NCBI GenBank assembly: GCA_044375555.1
Contig: JBILML010000011.1
Coordinates: forward strand, 6,345 to 70,344
Length of the DNA: 64,000 bases
From: Terrimicrobiaceae bacterium
GTDB taxonomy: Bacteria; Verrucomicrobiota; Verrucomicrobiia; Chthoniobacterales; Terrimicrobiaceae
Direction: 5' to 3'
The notes under the pieces are model-generated. The model saw nothing but the letters and a program-made list of their open reading frames with translations, was not told the DNA's origin and did not search any database. The translations under genes and the position numbers were made by a program. Below, in pieces: positions 54,487-62,646 of the stretch (position 1 is its first letter; every line of letters begins with the position of its first letter).

Positions 54487-57400
54487 AAAACGAACGACTC
54501 ATCGCAAACGCTGGGAGCGGCAAGACCTATGCGCTCACCACCCGAATGATCCAACTTCTCGATCAAGGGGTGGACCCCACCAAAATCGCCGCGCTGACAT
54601 TCACCCGCAAATCCGCAGGCGAATTCCTGTCCGCTGTTTTCGAGCGTCTCGCCCAGGCCGCTCTGGAACCCGTAAAACTCGCCGATCTTCAGCGCGAGCC
54701 GCTCCTCGAGAAGCTCGATGCCGCACGGTGCCGCTCCCTATTGAGTGACCTGTCTCGGAAAATCGGACGCCTCGGCATGGGGACGATTGACAGTCTCTTC
54801 GCCCGAATCGCCCGCGCCTTCCCTCTCGAATCGGGTCTGGCGGAGGACTTCAACATGGCGGGAGAATCTGAAATTCAAGCCGCGCGAGAGCGGACACTCG
54901 CCACGGTTTTCGCCAGTGAATCCTCGACCTCTCTCGAAGATTTTATCGATCTGGTGCGACGCCTCCATCGAAACCAAGGTGAGCGCGATGTCTTTGCTTC
55001 TCTGCTGAGCGAGACCAGAGACCTGCACGGGAAATTCCTCGCCACGCCAGACGACGCAATTTGGGGAGATGCCGCCGCGATTTGGGGCGAGGGCGGATGT
55101 GCGATCTTGAACGCCGGAGCGGTAGCGCCAGTGGCCGCAGAACTTTGGGAGGCTATTCAAGAAGGGCATCCCCATCTCAACGAGGAGGCATCAACCGCTT
55201 GGCAACTCGGTCTGGCCCTCGCCGCGCAGCTCACCCCTCCAAGTCCGTATTCCGAAGACTTAAAAAAATTCATCGCCAAGCTATCGAATGAAAAACAGAC
55301 CCCGGACGGCCTCCTCTACATCCCGACTCGAAATGCTCACGCCGGCCGGGTTTTTCTGACTCCCACGATCCGAGCGCTGCGAGATGAATTGCGAAATAGC
55401 CTGCTCAAGCCCGAATTCGAGTCCGCCCTCCGACGGAGCCAATCGCTGCATGAGTTCATGCAAAAATTTGAGCAGGCTTATTCCTCGCTGGTCCGATCGG
55501 CGGGGCTGGTCACCTTCGCAGACATTACGGATTCCCTGGCGCGCAAGGCCGGGGACCTGACCTGGCTCGCCTCCGCCGCCTACCGCATCGATCAGAAATT
55601 CGAGCATTGGCTCCTCGACGAGTTTCAGGATACCAGCCGCCCTCAGTGGAAAATCCTGAAAACCTTCATCGACGAAGTGCTCATGGATCCCGCACAGGAC
55701 CGCAGTTTCTTCTATGTCGGAGACACCAAGCAGGCGATCTACTCCTGGCGCGGGGGCGATCCGGATTTGTTCTTCGAAATCTTCGACGACTTCAACAAAC
55801 ACGCTGAAACCATTGAGGATGCTTCCCCGCTCGATGAATCCTGGCGATCCTGTCAGCCCATTTTGGAGTTTGTGAATCAAGCCTTCGCAGATCTAGAGCC
55901 TCTCTGCGGAGCTCTTGGAATTCCCGAATCGACCATAGAAAAATGGACCAAGGCTTGGAGGAATCATGTCACTTCCCCAAAAACCTGGACCCTTCCAGGC
56001 TTTGCCGAGTGGATTTCTGTTCCGAAAAACGACGGGGATGAGGACGAGGAAGGCGACGCTCAGGATCGCAAAATTCTCGAAATTCTTGAAACAACACGAG
56101 CGTGGGAACGGGGGCTCTCCTGCGCTGTTCTTAAACGCGACAACCGCGGCGTCGAGGCGCTGGCAGCTCTTTTGCAGTCCAAGGATATTCCCGTTGCGGT
56201 CGAAGGAAAAACCAACCCCTGTGTCGATAATCCGCTGGGCGCAGCTCTCTTGGCCGCCCTGCGAATGGTGGCTTCCCCCGATGACGCCCTCTCTCAAACC
56301 GTGGCCCGTGGTTTTCCCTCCACATCCGCTTGGGGGTTGGACGACAGGCCTTGGGTGTTTCGAAAAAAGACACTCTCGAGTCTGGCTCTGCGAGGCTATG
56401 CCACAACCATTCGCGAGTGGATCGATGCTTCCAACCTCGCAGCCGAGCCGTTTTTGAAGGAACGCGCGGCGGCATTCCTGCTCGCCGCCGAGCAGTTTGA
56501 CGCCAACCGCAACGCCTCGGACGGGATTCCAGATTTTCTTCGCTTCATCGAATCCCGCCAGACGCAGGAAAACGAGTCATCGGATGTGGTGCGCGTCATG
56601 ACCGTTCATCAATCGAAGGGCCTGGGTTTCGACATGGTCATCGCCAGTGGACTCGACAAAAAAGGGAGAGAAAATGGTGGAACAAACCTCGCACTTGGAC
56701 CCACCGCCAACGCCGTGAAATGGGGCCTCGTCCTTCCCGCCAAGGAATTCGCGGAGCAGGATGCCGTGCTCCGTGATCAGCTCAAAATCCAAGAGGCAGA
56801 AAAGAAATACGGCGACATCTGCACGGCCTATGTCGCTCTCACCCGGGCGAAAAAAGCGCTCTATGTGGTGACTGCGGAACTCGGTGAAAATACGACCTCC
56901 ACAAATTTTGCCCGTCATCTTCTCCTTCAATTCCATGCTCCCTCCGCACAATTCGGCGACCCCGGCTGGTTTCCGAAATATGAAATCAAGAGCCCCGAAT
57001 TAACAGAGACCCCCGCGCCCGCCGCGTTCACAGCACCCATCCACGGAACACCAAGGCCAGCTTCCCCATCGTCCTTCAAATCGGAAATTCCTGCAGGAGT
57101 CGCGGGCGTTGGAATTTCCAGCTACGCCGCGAAACTTGGCACCGAAGTGCATGAGGCCCTCGCTCGAATCGAGTGGCTGGAAACTTCAGCTCCCACCCCT
57201 CATGCGCTCACACCCGAAGCCCACAAGCTGGTGAATGAGTTTTTGGAAAAGCCCCTAGCTCGAGAGGTCTTCACCAAACCCGAAGGAGTCATCCGTCTAT
57301 GGCGAGAGCTGGCCTTTGATGTCGTGCTGGATGGGCAATGGGTGAGCGGCGTTTTTGATCGGGTTGTTGTGCGATGCGATCAGGAAAACAACCCGCTTTC

Positions 57401-57554
57401 CGCAGAGATCTACGACTTTAAAACCGATCAAGGCACAGCTCTGGAAATCCAAATTCGCTATGCCGGGCAAATGGAAGTGTATCAAAAAGCCGCCGCCAAA
57501 TTACTCTCGATCCCCGAGGAATTGGTGACATCCCAAGTGATCGGAATTCGTTAA
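54483..57554 (+). CDS. UvrD/Rep-family helicase with a C-terminal PD-(D/E)XK nuclease (AddA/RexA-like)
   Basis: Walker A is ANAGSGKTYALTTRM and helicase motif II is LLDEFQDTS. Other helicase motifs are YSWRGG and VMTVHQSKGLGFD. The nuclease blocks are GTEVHEALARIEW, GVFDRVVV and EIYDFKTD. Confidence 0.85.
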   Translation: MKNERLIANAGSGKTYALTTRMIQLLDQGVDPTKIAALTFTRKSAGEFLSAVFERLAQAALEPVKLADLQREPLLEKLDAARCRSLLSDLSRKIGRLGMGTIDSLFARIARAFPLESGLAEDFNMAGESEIQAARERTLATVFASESSTSLEDFIDLVRRLHRNQGERDVFASLLSETRDLHGKFLATPDDAIWGDAAAIWGEGGCAILNAGAVAPVAAELWEAIQEGHPHLNEEASTAWQLGLALAAQLTPPSPYSEDLKKFIAKLSNEKQTPDGLLYIPTRNAHAGRVFLTPTIRALRDELRNSLLKPEFESALRRSQSLHEFMQKFEQAYSSLVRSAGLVTFADITDSLARKAGDLTWLASAAYRIDQKFEHWLLDEFQDTSRPQWKILKTFIDEVLMDPAQDRSFFYVGDTKQAIYSWRGGDPDLFFEIFDDFNKHAETIEDASPLDESWRSCQPILEFVNQAFADLEPLCGALGIPESTIEKWTKAWRNHVTSPKTWTLPGFAEWISVPKNDGDEDEEGDAQDRKILEILETTRAWERGLSCAVLKRDNRGVEALAALLQSKDIPVAVEGKTNPCVDNPLGAALLAALRMVASPDDALSQTVARGFPSTSAWGLDDRPWVFRKKTLSSLALRGYATTIREWIDASNLAAEPFLKERAAAFLLAAEQFDANRNASDGIPDFLRFIESRQTQENESSDVVRVMTVHQSKGLGFDMVIASGLDKKGRENGGTNLALGPTANAVKWGLVLPAKEFAEQDAVLRDQLKIQEAEKKYGDICTAYVALTRAKKALYVVTAELGENTTSTNFARHLLLQFHAPSAQFGDPGWFPKYEIKSPELTETPAPAAFTAPIHGTPRPASPSSFKSEIPAGVAGVGISSYAAKLGTEVHEALARIEWLETSAPTPHALTPEAHKLVNEFLEKPLAREVFTKPEGVIRLWRELAFDVVLDGQWVSGVFDRVVVRCDQENNPLSAEIYDFKTDQGTALEIQIRYAGQMEVYQKAAAKLLSIPEELVTSQVIGIR

Positions 57555-57586
57555 AAACCACCGAATCTCATTCGATCTTTGGCTGA

Positions 57587-58339
57587 TCAAGGCGCCCTGG
57601 TAGCCTCGAGCGCAAAGATCGATACATCCACAGATTCCGCCGCCAGCAGGGAGAGCGGTTCGCCTGTCAGATCGAACCCTGAAAGATGTGCCGGACCGGT
57701 GCAGACTTCGGACACGCGCGGAATGTTGACGCGATACGGCGTGTGATAAACTCGCCCAACCATGAGGTGGCCTTTGTGGTTTGTAGAAAAAAGCAGATAC
57801 CTTTCGATGAGAAAAAACTCGAGTGAGCCCGGTTCTGCTGGAGTGGACTGCGAGCCCGGGGTCCATTCATAGCACCATGGCGCGCCCTTTTCGCCTTCTC
57901 GCTGGCATTGGTATCGGATGACTCCAGCTTGGCGTTTGGCGCACATGCTCGCGTGAAAATACGGAAGATGAAAAAAGTGCCGGGCGATGGCGACGGCGAT
58001 CGGTTGGTTGCAATCAAGCGAGTAAAACCACACCCCGGGATTGCCATTTTCATCATGGACATAAGTCCGAACATTCAGCTCCAGAAACCACGAAATCCAC
58101 GGCAGGGGAGGCAGCCATGCGGGACGAACACGCTGCATGAAAAATGGCACCACACCGATGTAGGCATCGCCTGCGAAAGTATCGACAAACAATCCCCTCG
58201 GCAGAGTGGCTTGCACGGTCGGTGCATCGATTTTCCAATGAGCAAAAAGCAATTCACTCCAACGTTGCTTTCCAACCATGGAAGAAGACGGACGCTCTCT
58301 CGCAGCAAGTCGCTGGTCTATCGAAGGAGGGTTCATCAC
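57587..58339 (-). CDS. DUF2071 (YqjF-like) family protein
   Basis: WSELLFAHWKIDAPTVQATLPRGLFVDTFAGDAYIGVVPFFMQRVRP...LNVRTYV matches the DUF2071 N-terminal pattern as I recall it. Confidence 0.7.
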   Translation of the reverse strand: MMNPPSIDQRLAARERPSSSMVGKQRWSELLFAHWKIDAPTVQATLPRGLFVDTFAGDAYIGVVPFFMQRVRPAWLPPLPWISWFLELNVRTYVHDENGNPGVWFYSLDCNQPIAVAIARHFFHLPYFHASMCAKRQAGVIRYQCQREGEKGAPWCYEWTPGSQSTPAEPGSLEFFLIERYLLFSTNHKGHLMVGRVYHTPYRVNIPRVSEVCTGPAHLSGFDLTGEPLSLLAAESVDVSIFALEATRAP

Positions 58340-58366
58340 GGAACGAAGTCTACTCGAGTGCAGGCG

Positions 58367-58612
58367 CTATTCCACTTCGTCGACAGGGCCGGACAGTCGT
58401 TGTTTAAAAAGTTTGCGATGCTTGGTCACTCGTCCATTCACGCGCTTGCGCCAGAGGCGAAAGCTGGATGGCTTCAACTCGCGGCGCATGATCCTGATCA
58501 CATCTTGCTCGGCAGCTCCCGTGCGCGTCAGGATTTCTTCAAATGTTGTGCGATCCTCCCACGCGAGACGAATGATGGTGGAGATCGCCGAAGGGGTCGT
58601 ATCCATTATCAT
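58367..58612 (-). CDS. TIGR03643/DUF2805 family small protein
   Basis: IIRLAWEDRTTFEEILTRTGAAEQDVIRIMRRELKPSSFRLWRKRVNGRVTKHRKL is the family signature. The start ATG (58610-58612) overlaps the stop of the upstream photolyase-related gene (ATGA). Confidence 0.75.
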   Translation of the reverse strand: MIMDTTPSAISTIIRLAWEDRTTFEEILTRTGAAEQDVIRIMRRELKPSSFRLWRKRVNGRVTKHRKLFKQRLSGPVDEVE

Positions 58613-59856
58613 AGGTCGGCAAAGAGGTTTTTTTGATGGTGCAGATAACGGCTCATTTTTTCCCAAAACGGAAAGAACCCAGAGCCCGCGAGCTGAAACG
58701 CATGAGCATCTGAAGCCCGACGGATCAAAGTTAGGGCGACGCCTGACTTGTCGAGTTGCTGGCGCACAGACGGAAGGAGGTCGGCCACGGGCCCCACGGT
58801 CGGAGCAAAAGCCACGACTTCCTCCAGGTCATGCTTTGAGGCCCAAGCGGCCAGGCAGGCTGCAGGGTCAGCATGGGTGCTTTGCTCTGTCGGACATGAA
58901 AAATATGCTGCCGATCTCGCGAGACCATCAGCTAGGGCTTCCTCTTGAGCGGCGATGCTTCGCTCGCTGAGGGCGGGTGTGTGGCAGTCGTCGAGTTCTT
59001 GGGAGAAGGCGGCGACAGAGACCGGGGTGAGATTTGCGAGAGGCCTGACTTCAGGAAGCAAGTCGTCCGCATGAAGCCAAATTCCGATCCGCCGTCCCCT
59101 GTCGGGAACCACGGCCGGGTAATCGATCAAGGCCTGTCGAGTTGTGTTGGAAAATTCGGGGGCAACCACCGGAGCAATGGCTCCATCCGCGATCCGCTCG
59201 ATGCCGGCGCGATGGGAAATTAGCAAATCGGGTGCGTATTTTTCGATGTTCGAGGCTCTGACCAAGTATGTTTTTCTAGGGGTCTGCAAGCCAGCGACCC
59301 AACGCCAAGACAGGGTGTTGGTGGCCGGATCCGCGTCGAGAAGGTGTCTGTAAAAAACATCCGCCCCAAGTTCCCAGGGCAAGCGCTCGGCGTGAATCCA
59401 ATAGCTGGCCCACCACATCCGTGCGTGATTGTGCACATACCCCGTGGCGATCAGTTCTTGAGCGATCGCATCCATGCAGGCCACGCCGCTTTCGCCTGCG
59501 GCCACGGCTTTCACGCGCTGCCGTGTCGCCTCGGGCAGTGTCTCGTGCAGCTCCCGCACACGCCGCCGCCAAGAATCCCAGACATCCGGTCGGCGTTCCA
59601 ACCAACCCTTCCAATACCTCCGCCAGCAGACTTCTTGGACCCATTTCTCGACGCTGTGGAACGGATGCTCCTGGAGGGTGTCTCTCAAAATCTCGTCTTC
59701 CAAAAGTGTGCGGAAGCGCAACGCTGCACTGAGGCGCGAGACATTCCGATGGAGCGGTTCCACATGGTTGCGCCGCTTTGCGTATTGACCGACGCCCGGT
59801 AGAAAATCAGCCCAAGCCTTGAGAGCGTCGTGACGAGTCAGCGGAAGAAAAGTCAT
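58609..59856 (-). CDS. Cryptochrome/photolyase-family FAD-binding domain protein with atypical domain order
   Basis: Residues 1-215 align by eye to the helical FAD-binding domain of photolyases (SRLSAALRF, EVCWRRYW, GESGVACMDAIAQELIATGYVHNHARMWWASYW, LLDADPATNTLSWRWVAGL). The C-terminal about 200 aa resemble the photolyase alpha/beta domain (RIGIWLHADDL ... FFPFWEKMSRYL). Confidence 0.7.
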   Translation of the reverse strand: MTFLPLTRHDALKAWADFLPGVGQYAKRRNHVEPLHRNVSRLSAALRFRTLLEDEILRDTLQEHPFHSVEKWVQEVCWRRYWKGWLERRPDVWDSWRRRVRELHETLPEATRQRVKAVAAGESGVACMDAIAQELIATGYVHNHARMWWASYWIHAERLPWELGADVFYRHLLDADPATNTLSWRWVAGLQTPRKTYLVRASNIEKYAPDLLISHRAGIERIADGAIAPVVAPEFSNTTRQALIDYPAVVPDRGRRIGIWLHADDLLPEVRPLANLTPVSVAAFSQELDDCHTPALSERSIAAQEEALADGLARSAAYFSCPTEQSTHADPAACLAAWASKHDLEEVVAFAPTVGPVADLLPSVRQQLDKSGVALTLIRRASDAHAFQLAGSGFFPFWEKMSRYLHHQKNLFADL

Positions 59857-60055
59857 CGCGCAAAGGCCAGGGTCGATTCAACGATGACCCGTTCCCGTTT
59901 GTTTCGCCAAGGAGATGACGATCCCCAGGGGGCGCGCACAATTTCGGGCAGATAGTTTGGAATCACGGCGCTGACTTTACGCCCCGCCCACTGTTTTAGA
60001 TGCAACGCAAGGGCACAACCGCGAATCAAAGATTCGGGGTAAGAACTTTGGGCGA

Positions 60056-60934
60056 TCAGCCCCGCTTCATGCGGCGGAGGAGGGCGTCGGCCATGTCGGC
60101 GGGTGTCGCGGCGACTTCGATGCCAGCGGCTTGAAGGGCTTCGATTTTGCCTTGGGCGGTGCCTTGGCCTCCGCTGACGATCGCACCGGCGTGACCCATG
60201 CGGCGTCCGGGAGGCGCGGTGGCTCCGGCGATGAAGCCGGCGACGGGCTTTTTGCAATTTTTTCCGATCCACTCGGCAGCTTCTTCTTCGGCCGATCCGC
60301 CGATTTCACCGATCATGATGAAGGCTTCGGTGTTTGGGTCGTCGTTGAACATTTTCACGACATCGAGGTGCGAGGTGCCATTGATCGGATCGCCGCCGAT
60401 GCCGACGCAGGTGGACTGGCCATGGCCGCGGCTGGAGAGTTGCCACACGGCTTCGTAGGTGAGGGTGCCGGAGCGCGAGACGACGCCGACCTTGCCGGGG
60501 TTGTGGATGTAACCGGGCATGATGCCGATTTTGCAGGCGCCGGGGGTGATGATGCCGGGGCAGTTCGGGCCAATGAGGCGGGAGGAGCTTTTTTGAAGCG
60601 CGGCTTTGACCCTCATCATGTCGATGACGGGGATGCCCTCGGTAATGCAGACGACGAGTTCGATCCCGGCGTCGATGGCTTCGAGGATCGAGTCGGCGGC
60701 TCCGGGTGGGGGCACAAAGATCATGGTGGCGTTGCAACCGGTCTGGGCGCGGGCCTCCATGACGGTGTCGTAAACGGGGACCTTGCTTTCGAAGGTCTCG
60801 CCGCCGCGGCCGGGTGTGACTCCGGCGACGACATTGGTTCCGTAATCCATGCAGGATTTGGCGTGGAAGCCACCGGATTTTCCTGTGATGCCCTGCACGA
60901 GCAGGCGGGTATTTTTGTCAACGAGGATGGACAT
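60056..60934 (-). CDS. sucD: Succinate--CoA ligase subunit alpha
   Basis: The sequence reads [45 protein letters not shown]...[12 protein letters not shown], with the phosphohistidine loop present. Confidence 0.95.
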   Translation of the reverse strand: MSILVDKNTRLLVQGITGKSGGFHAKSCMDYGTNVVAGVTPGRGGETFESKVPVYDTVMEARAQTGCNATMIFVPPPGAADSILEAIDAGIELVVCITEGIPVIDMMRVKAALQKSSSRLIGPNCPGIITPGACKIGIMPGYIHNPGKVGVVSRSGTLTYEAVWQLSSRGHGQSTCVGIGGDPINGTSHLDVVKMFNDDPNTEAFIMIGEIGGSAEEEAAEWIGKNCKKPVAGFIAGATAPPGRRMGHAGAIVSGGQGTAQGKIEALQAAGIEVAATPADMADALLRRMKRG

Positions 60935-60952
60935 AGCGTGAAGAGATTTGGT

Positions 60953-62134
60953 TTAGGCGGCGGCTGCGACGACTTTCTTTGCGGCGTCGGCGATATCGGT
61001 GGCGGTGGTGAGTTCGAGGCCGGACTCGGCGAGGAGTTTGCGGCCGGCATCGACATTGGTTCCCTCGAGGCGGACGACGAGGGGGATGGGGAGGCTGACG
61101 GCTTTCGAGGCGTTGATGATGCCTTGGGCGATGATGTCGCACTTCATGATGCCGCCGAAAATATTCACGAGGATCGCTTTCACCTTTTTATCCGAGATGA
61201 GGATTTTGAAAGCCTCGGTGACTTGTTGCTCGTTGGCTCCGCCGCCGACATCGAGGAAGTTCGCGGGTTCGCCGCCGCAGTGTTTGATGATGTCCATTGT
61301 GGCCATGGCGAGGCCGGCGCCGTTCACGAGGCAGGCGATGTTTCCGTCGAGGCCGATGTAATTGAGGTTCGACTTCGAGGCTTCGACTTCGCGGGGGTCC
61401 TCCTCTGCGGTGTCGCGGTAGGCAAGGATGTCGGGGTGGCGGAAGAGGGCGTTGTCGTCGAAGTTGAACTTCGCATCGAGCGCGCGGATGTCGCCGGATT
61501 TGGTGATGACGAGCGGGTTGACCTCCACCATCGAGCAATCGCAAGCGATGAAGAGGCGGTAGAGATTTTCAAACAGCGCACAGGCGGGCTTGAGGAGCGT
61601 GGCGGGAATGCCGAGGAGCTTCGCGAGTTTGCGCGACTGGTAAGCTTGGAGGCCGAGGAGGGGGTCGATCGCGATGTGGTGGATTTTTTCGGGGGTCTTT
61701 TCGGCGACGGCTTCAATGTCCATGCCGCCTTCGGTGCTGGCGACCACGACTGGTGCGGAAGTCGCGCGGTCGATGAGGATCGCGATGTAGAGTTCCTTTT
61801 CGATCTCGACGGACTCAGCGATGAGGACCTTGCGAACGAGGCGTCCATCCGCGCCGGTCTGGTGGGTGACGAGGGTTTGGCCGAGCATTTTCGAGGCGAG
61901 GTCGCGGGCTTCGGCGGGGGTTTTGCAAAGATGGACACCGCCCTTGAAGCCGTTTTTAAACGAACCCTTGCCGCGGCCGCCGGCGTGGACCTGGGCTTTG
62001 ACGACGAGATTTTTTCCCGAGAGGGAGGTGGCGATTTTCTCGGCTTCCTCCGGAGTGGAGGCGACGCCGCCGGAGCTGTTGGCGACGCCGTATTTATCGA
62101 GGAGTTCTTTGGCTTGGTATTCGTGGATGTTCAT
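60953..62134 (-). CDS. sucC: Succinate--CoA ligase subunit beta (ATP-grasp)
   Basis: The sequence reads [18 protein letters not shown]...[14 protein letters not shown]...[10 protein letters not shown]. The gene lies 18 bp upstream of sucD. Confidence 0.95.
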   Translation of the reverse strand: MNIHEYQAKELLDKYGVANSSGGVASTPEEAEKIATSLSGKNLVVKAQVHAGGRGKGSFKNGFKGGVHLCKTPAEARDLASKMLGQTLVTHQTGADGRLVRKVLIAESVEIEKELYIAILIDRATSAPVVVASTEGGMDIEAVAEKTPEKIHHIAIDPLLGLQAYQSRKLAKLLGIPATLLKPACALFENLYRLFIACDCSMVEVNPLVITKSGDIRALDAKFNFDDNALFRHPDILAYRDTAEEDPREVEASKSNLNYIGLDGNIACLVNGAGLAMATMDIIKHCGGEPANFLDVGGGANEQQVTEAFKILISDKKVKAILVNIFGGIMKCDIIAQGIINASKAVSLPIPLVVRLEGTNVDAGRKLLAESGLELTTATDIADAAKKVVAAAA

Positions 62135-62227
62135 CAGGTGGTGAAAAGGGCGGTGTTATAGCGGCGGTGCGGGAAGAGTAGCAATCCCTCATTCGGAAAA
62201 AAGACGCGGGGTGCGGTGGCGAGAAAG

Positions 62228-62386
62228 GTGGTTGAATATTTTTTGAAAAAATATCTTGCGCCGAGCAGAGATGTTGTTACTTTGATCTCGTTCTGGGGGG
62301 AACAGAAGCCCGTTGTAGCTATCGCTGCGACGGGCTTCAACTTTTCTGGGGTGCGTGGTTTTTCAAGTTTCCCGCGGAGGATTTCA
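62228..62386 (+). repeat. Tandem duplication, copy 1 (decayed copy of the murJ 3' end plus a downstream structured element)
   Basis: It aligns with 62484-62646. A 60-bp core (tctcgttctggggggaacagaagcccgttgtagctatcgctgcgacgggcttcaactttt) is identical in both copies. It contains a 9-bp-stem hairpin at 62305-62338. Confidence 0.85.
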
Positions 62387-62483
62387 TTGGCCTCGATCGG
62401 ATCGAATTCGGCCTTTATTTTCAATTCGCAATCAAACCCTCGAAAAAATTCGTTTTATAAAAAACGATTTGGAAGGCTTTTAC

Positions 62484-62646
62484 GTGGCGGTTGAATTTTT
62501 TTTGAAAAAATATCTTGTGCCGGGCGGGGGTGTTGTTACTTTGGTCTCGTTCTGGGGGGAACAGAAGCCCGTTGTAGCTATCGCTGCGACGGGCTTCAAC
62601 TTTTACCGGGTGCGTGGTTTTCCAAGTTTGCGACGGAGGATTTCCA
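62484..62646 (+). repeat. Tandem duplication, copy 2 (overlaps the real murJ 3' end)
   Basis: See copy 1. The hairpin lies at 62564-62597, 6 nt beyond the murJ stop codon (62603-62605). Confidence 0.85.

Noticed and set aside
59990-60040. The hairpin cgaatc-aaa-gattcg as a sucD terminator.
   Set aside because: It has a 6-bp A/T-containing stem with no following U-tract on the minus strand. That is too weak to call.
59853-60272. The 139-aa Arg-rich minus-strand ORF overlapping the sucD 3' end.
   Set aside because: It is in an alternative frame of the strongly supported sucD gene and has an extreme Arg/Pro/Ser composition. It is spurious.
62228-62646. Possible CRISPR array, or a DGR template/variable repeat pair, because the repeated units differ mostly at adenines.
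   Set aside because: There are only two copies of about 160 bp, with no short regular spacers and no cas genes. For a DGR, the changes are A to G only, over a very short stretch and outside any target ORF. No reverse transcriptase is present in the window.
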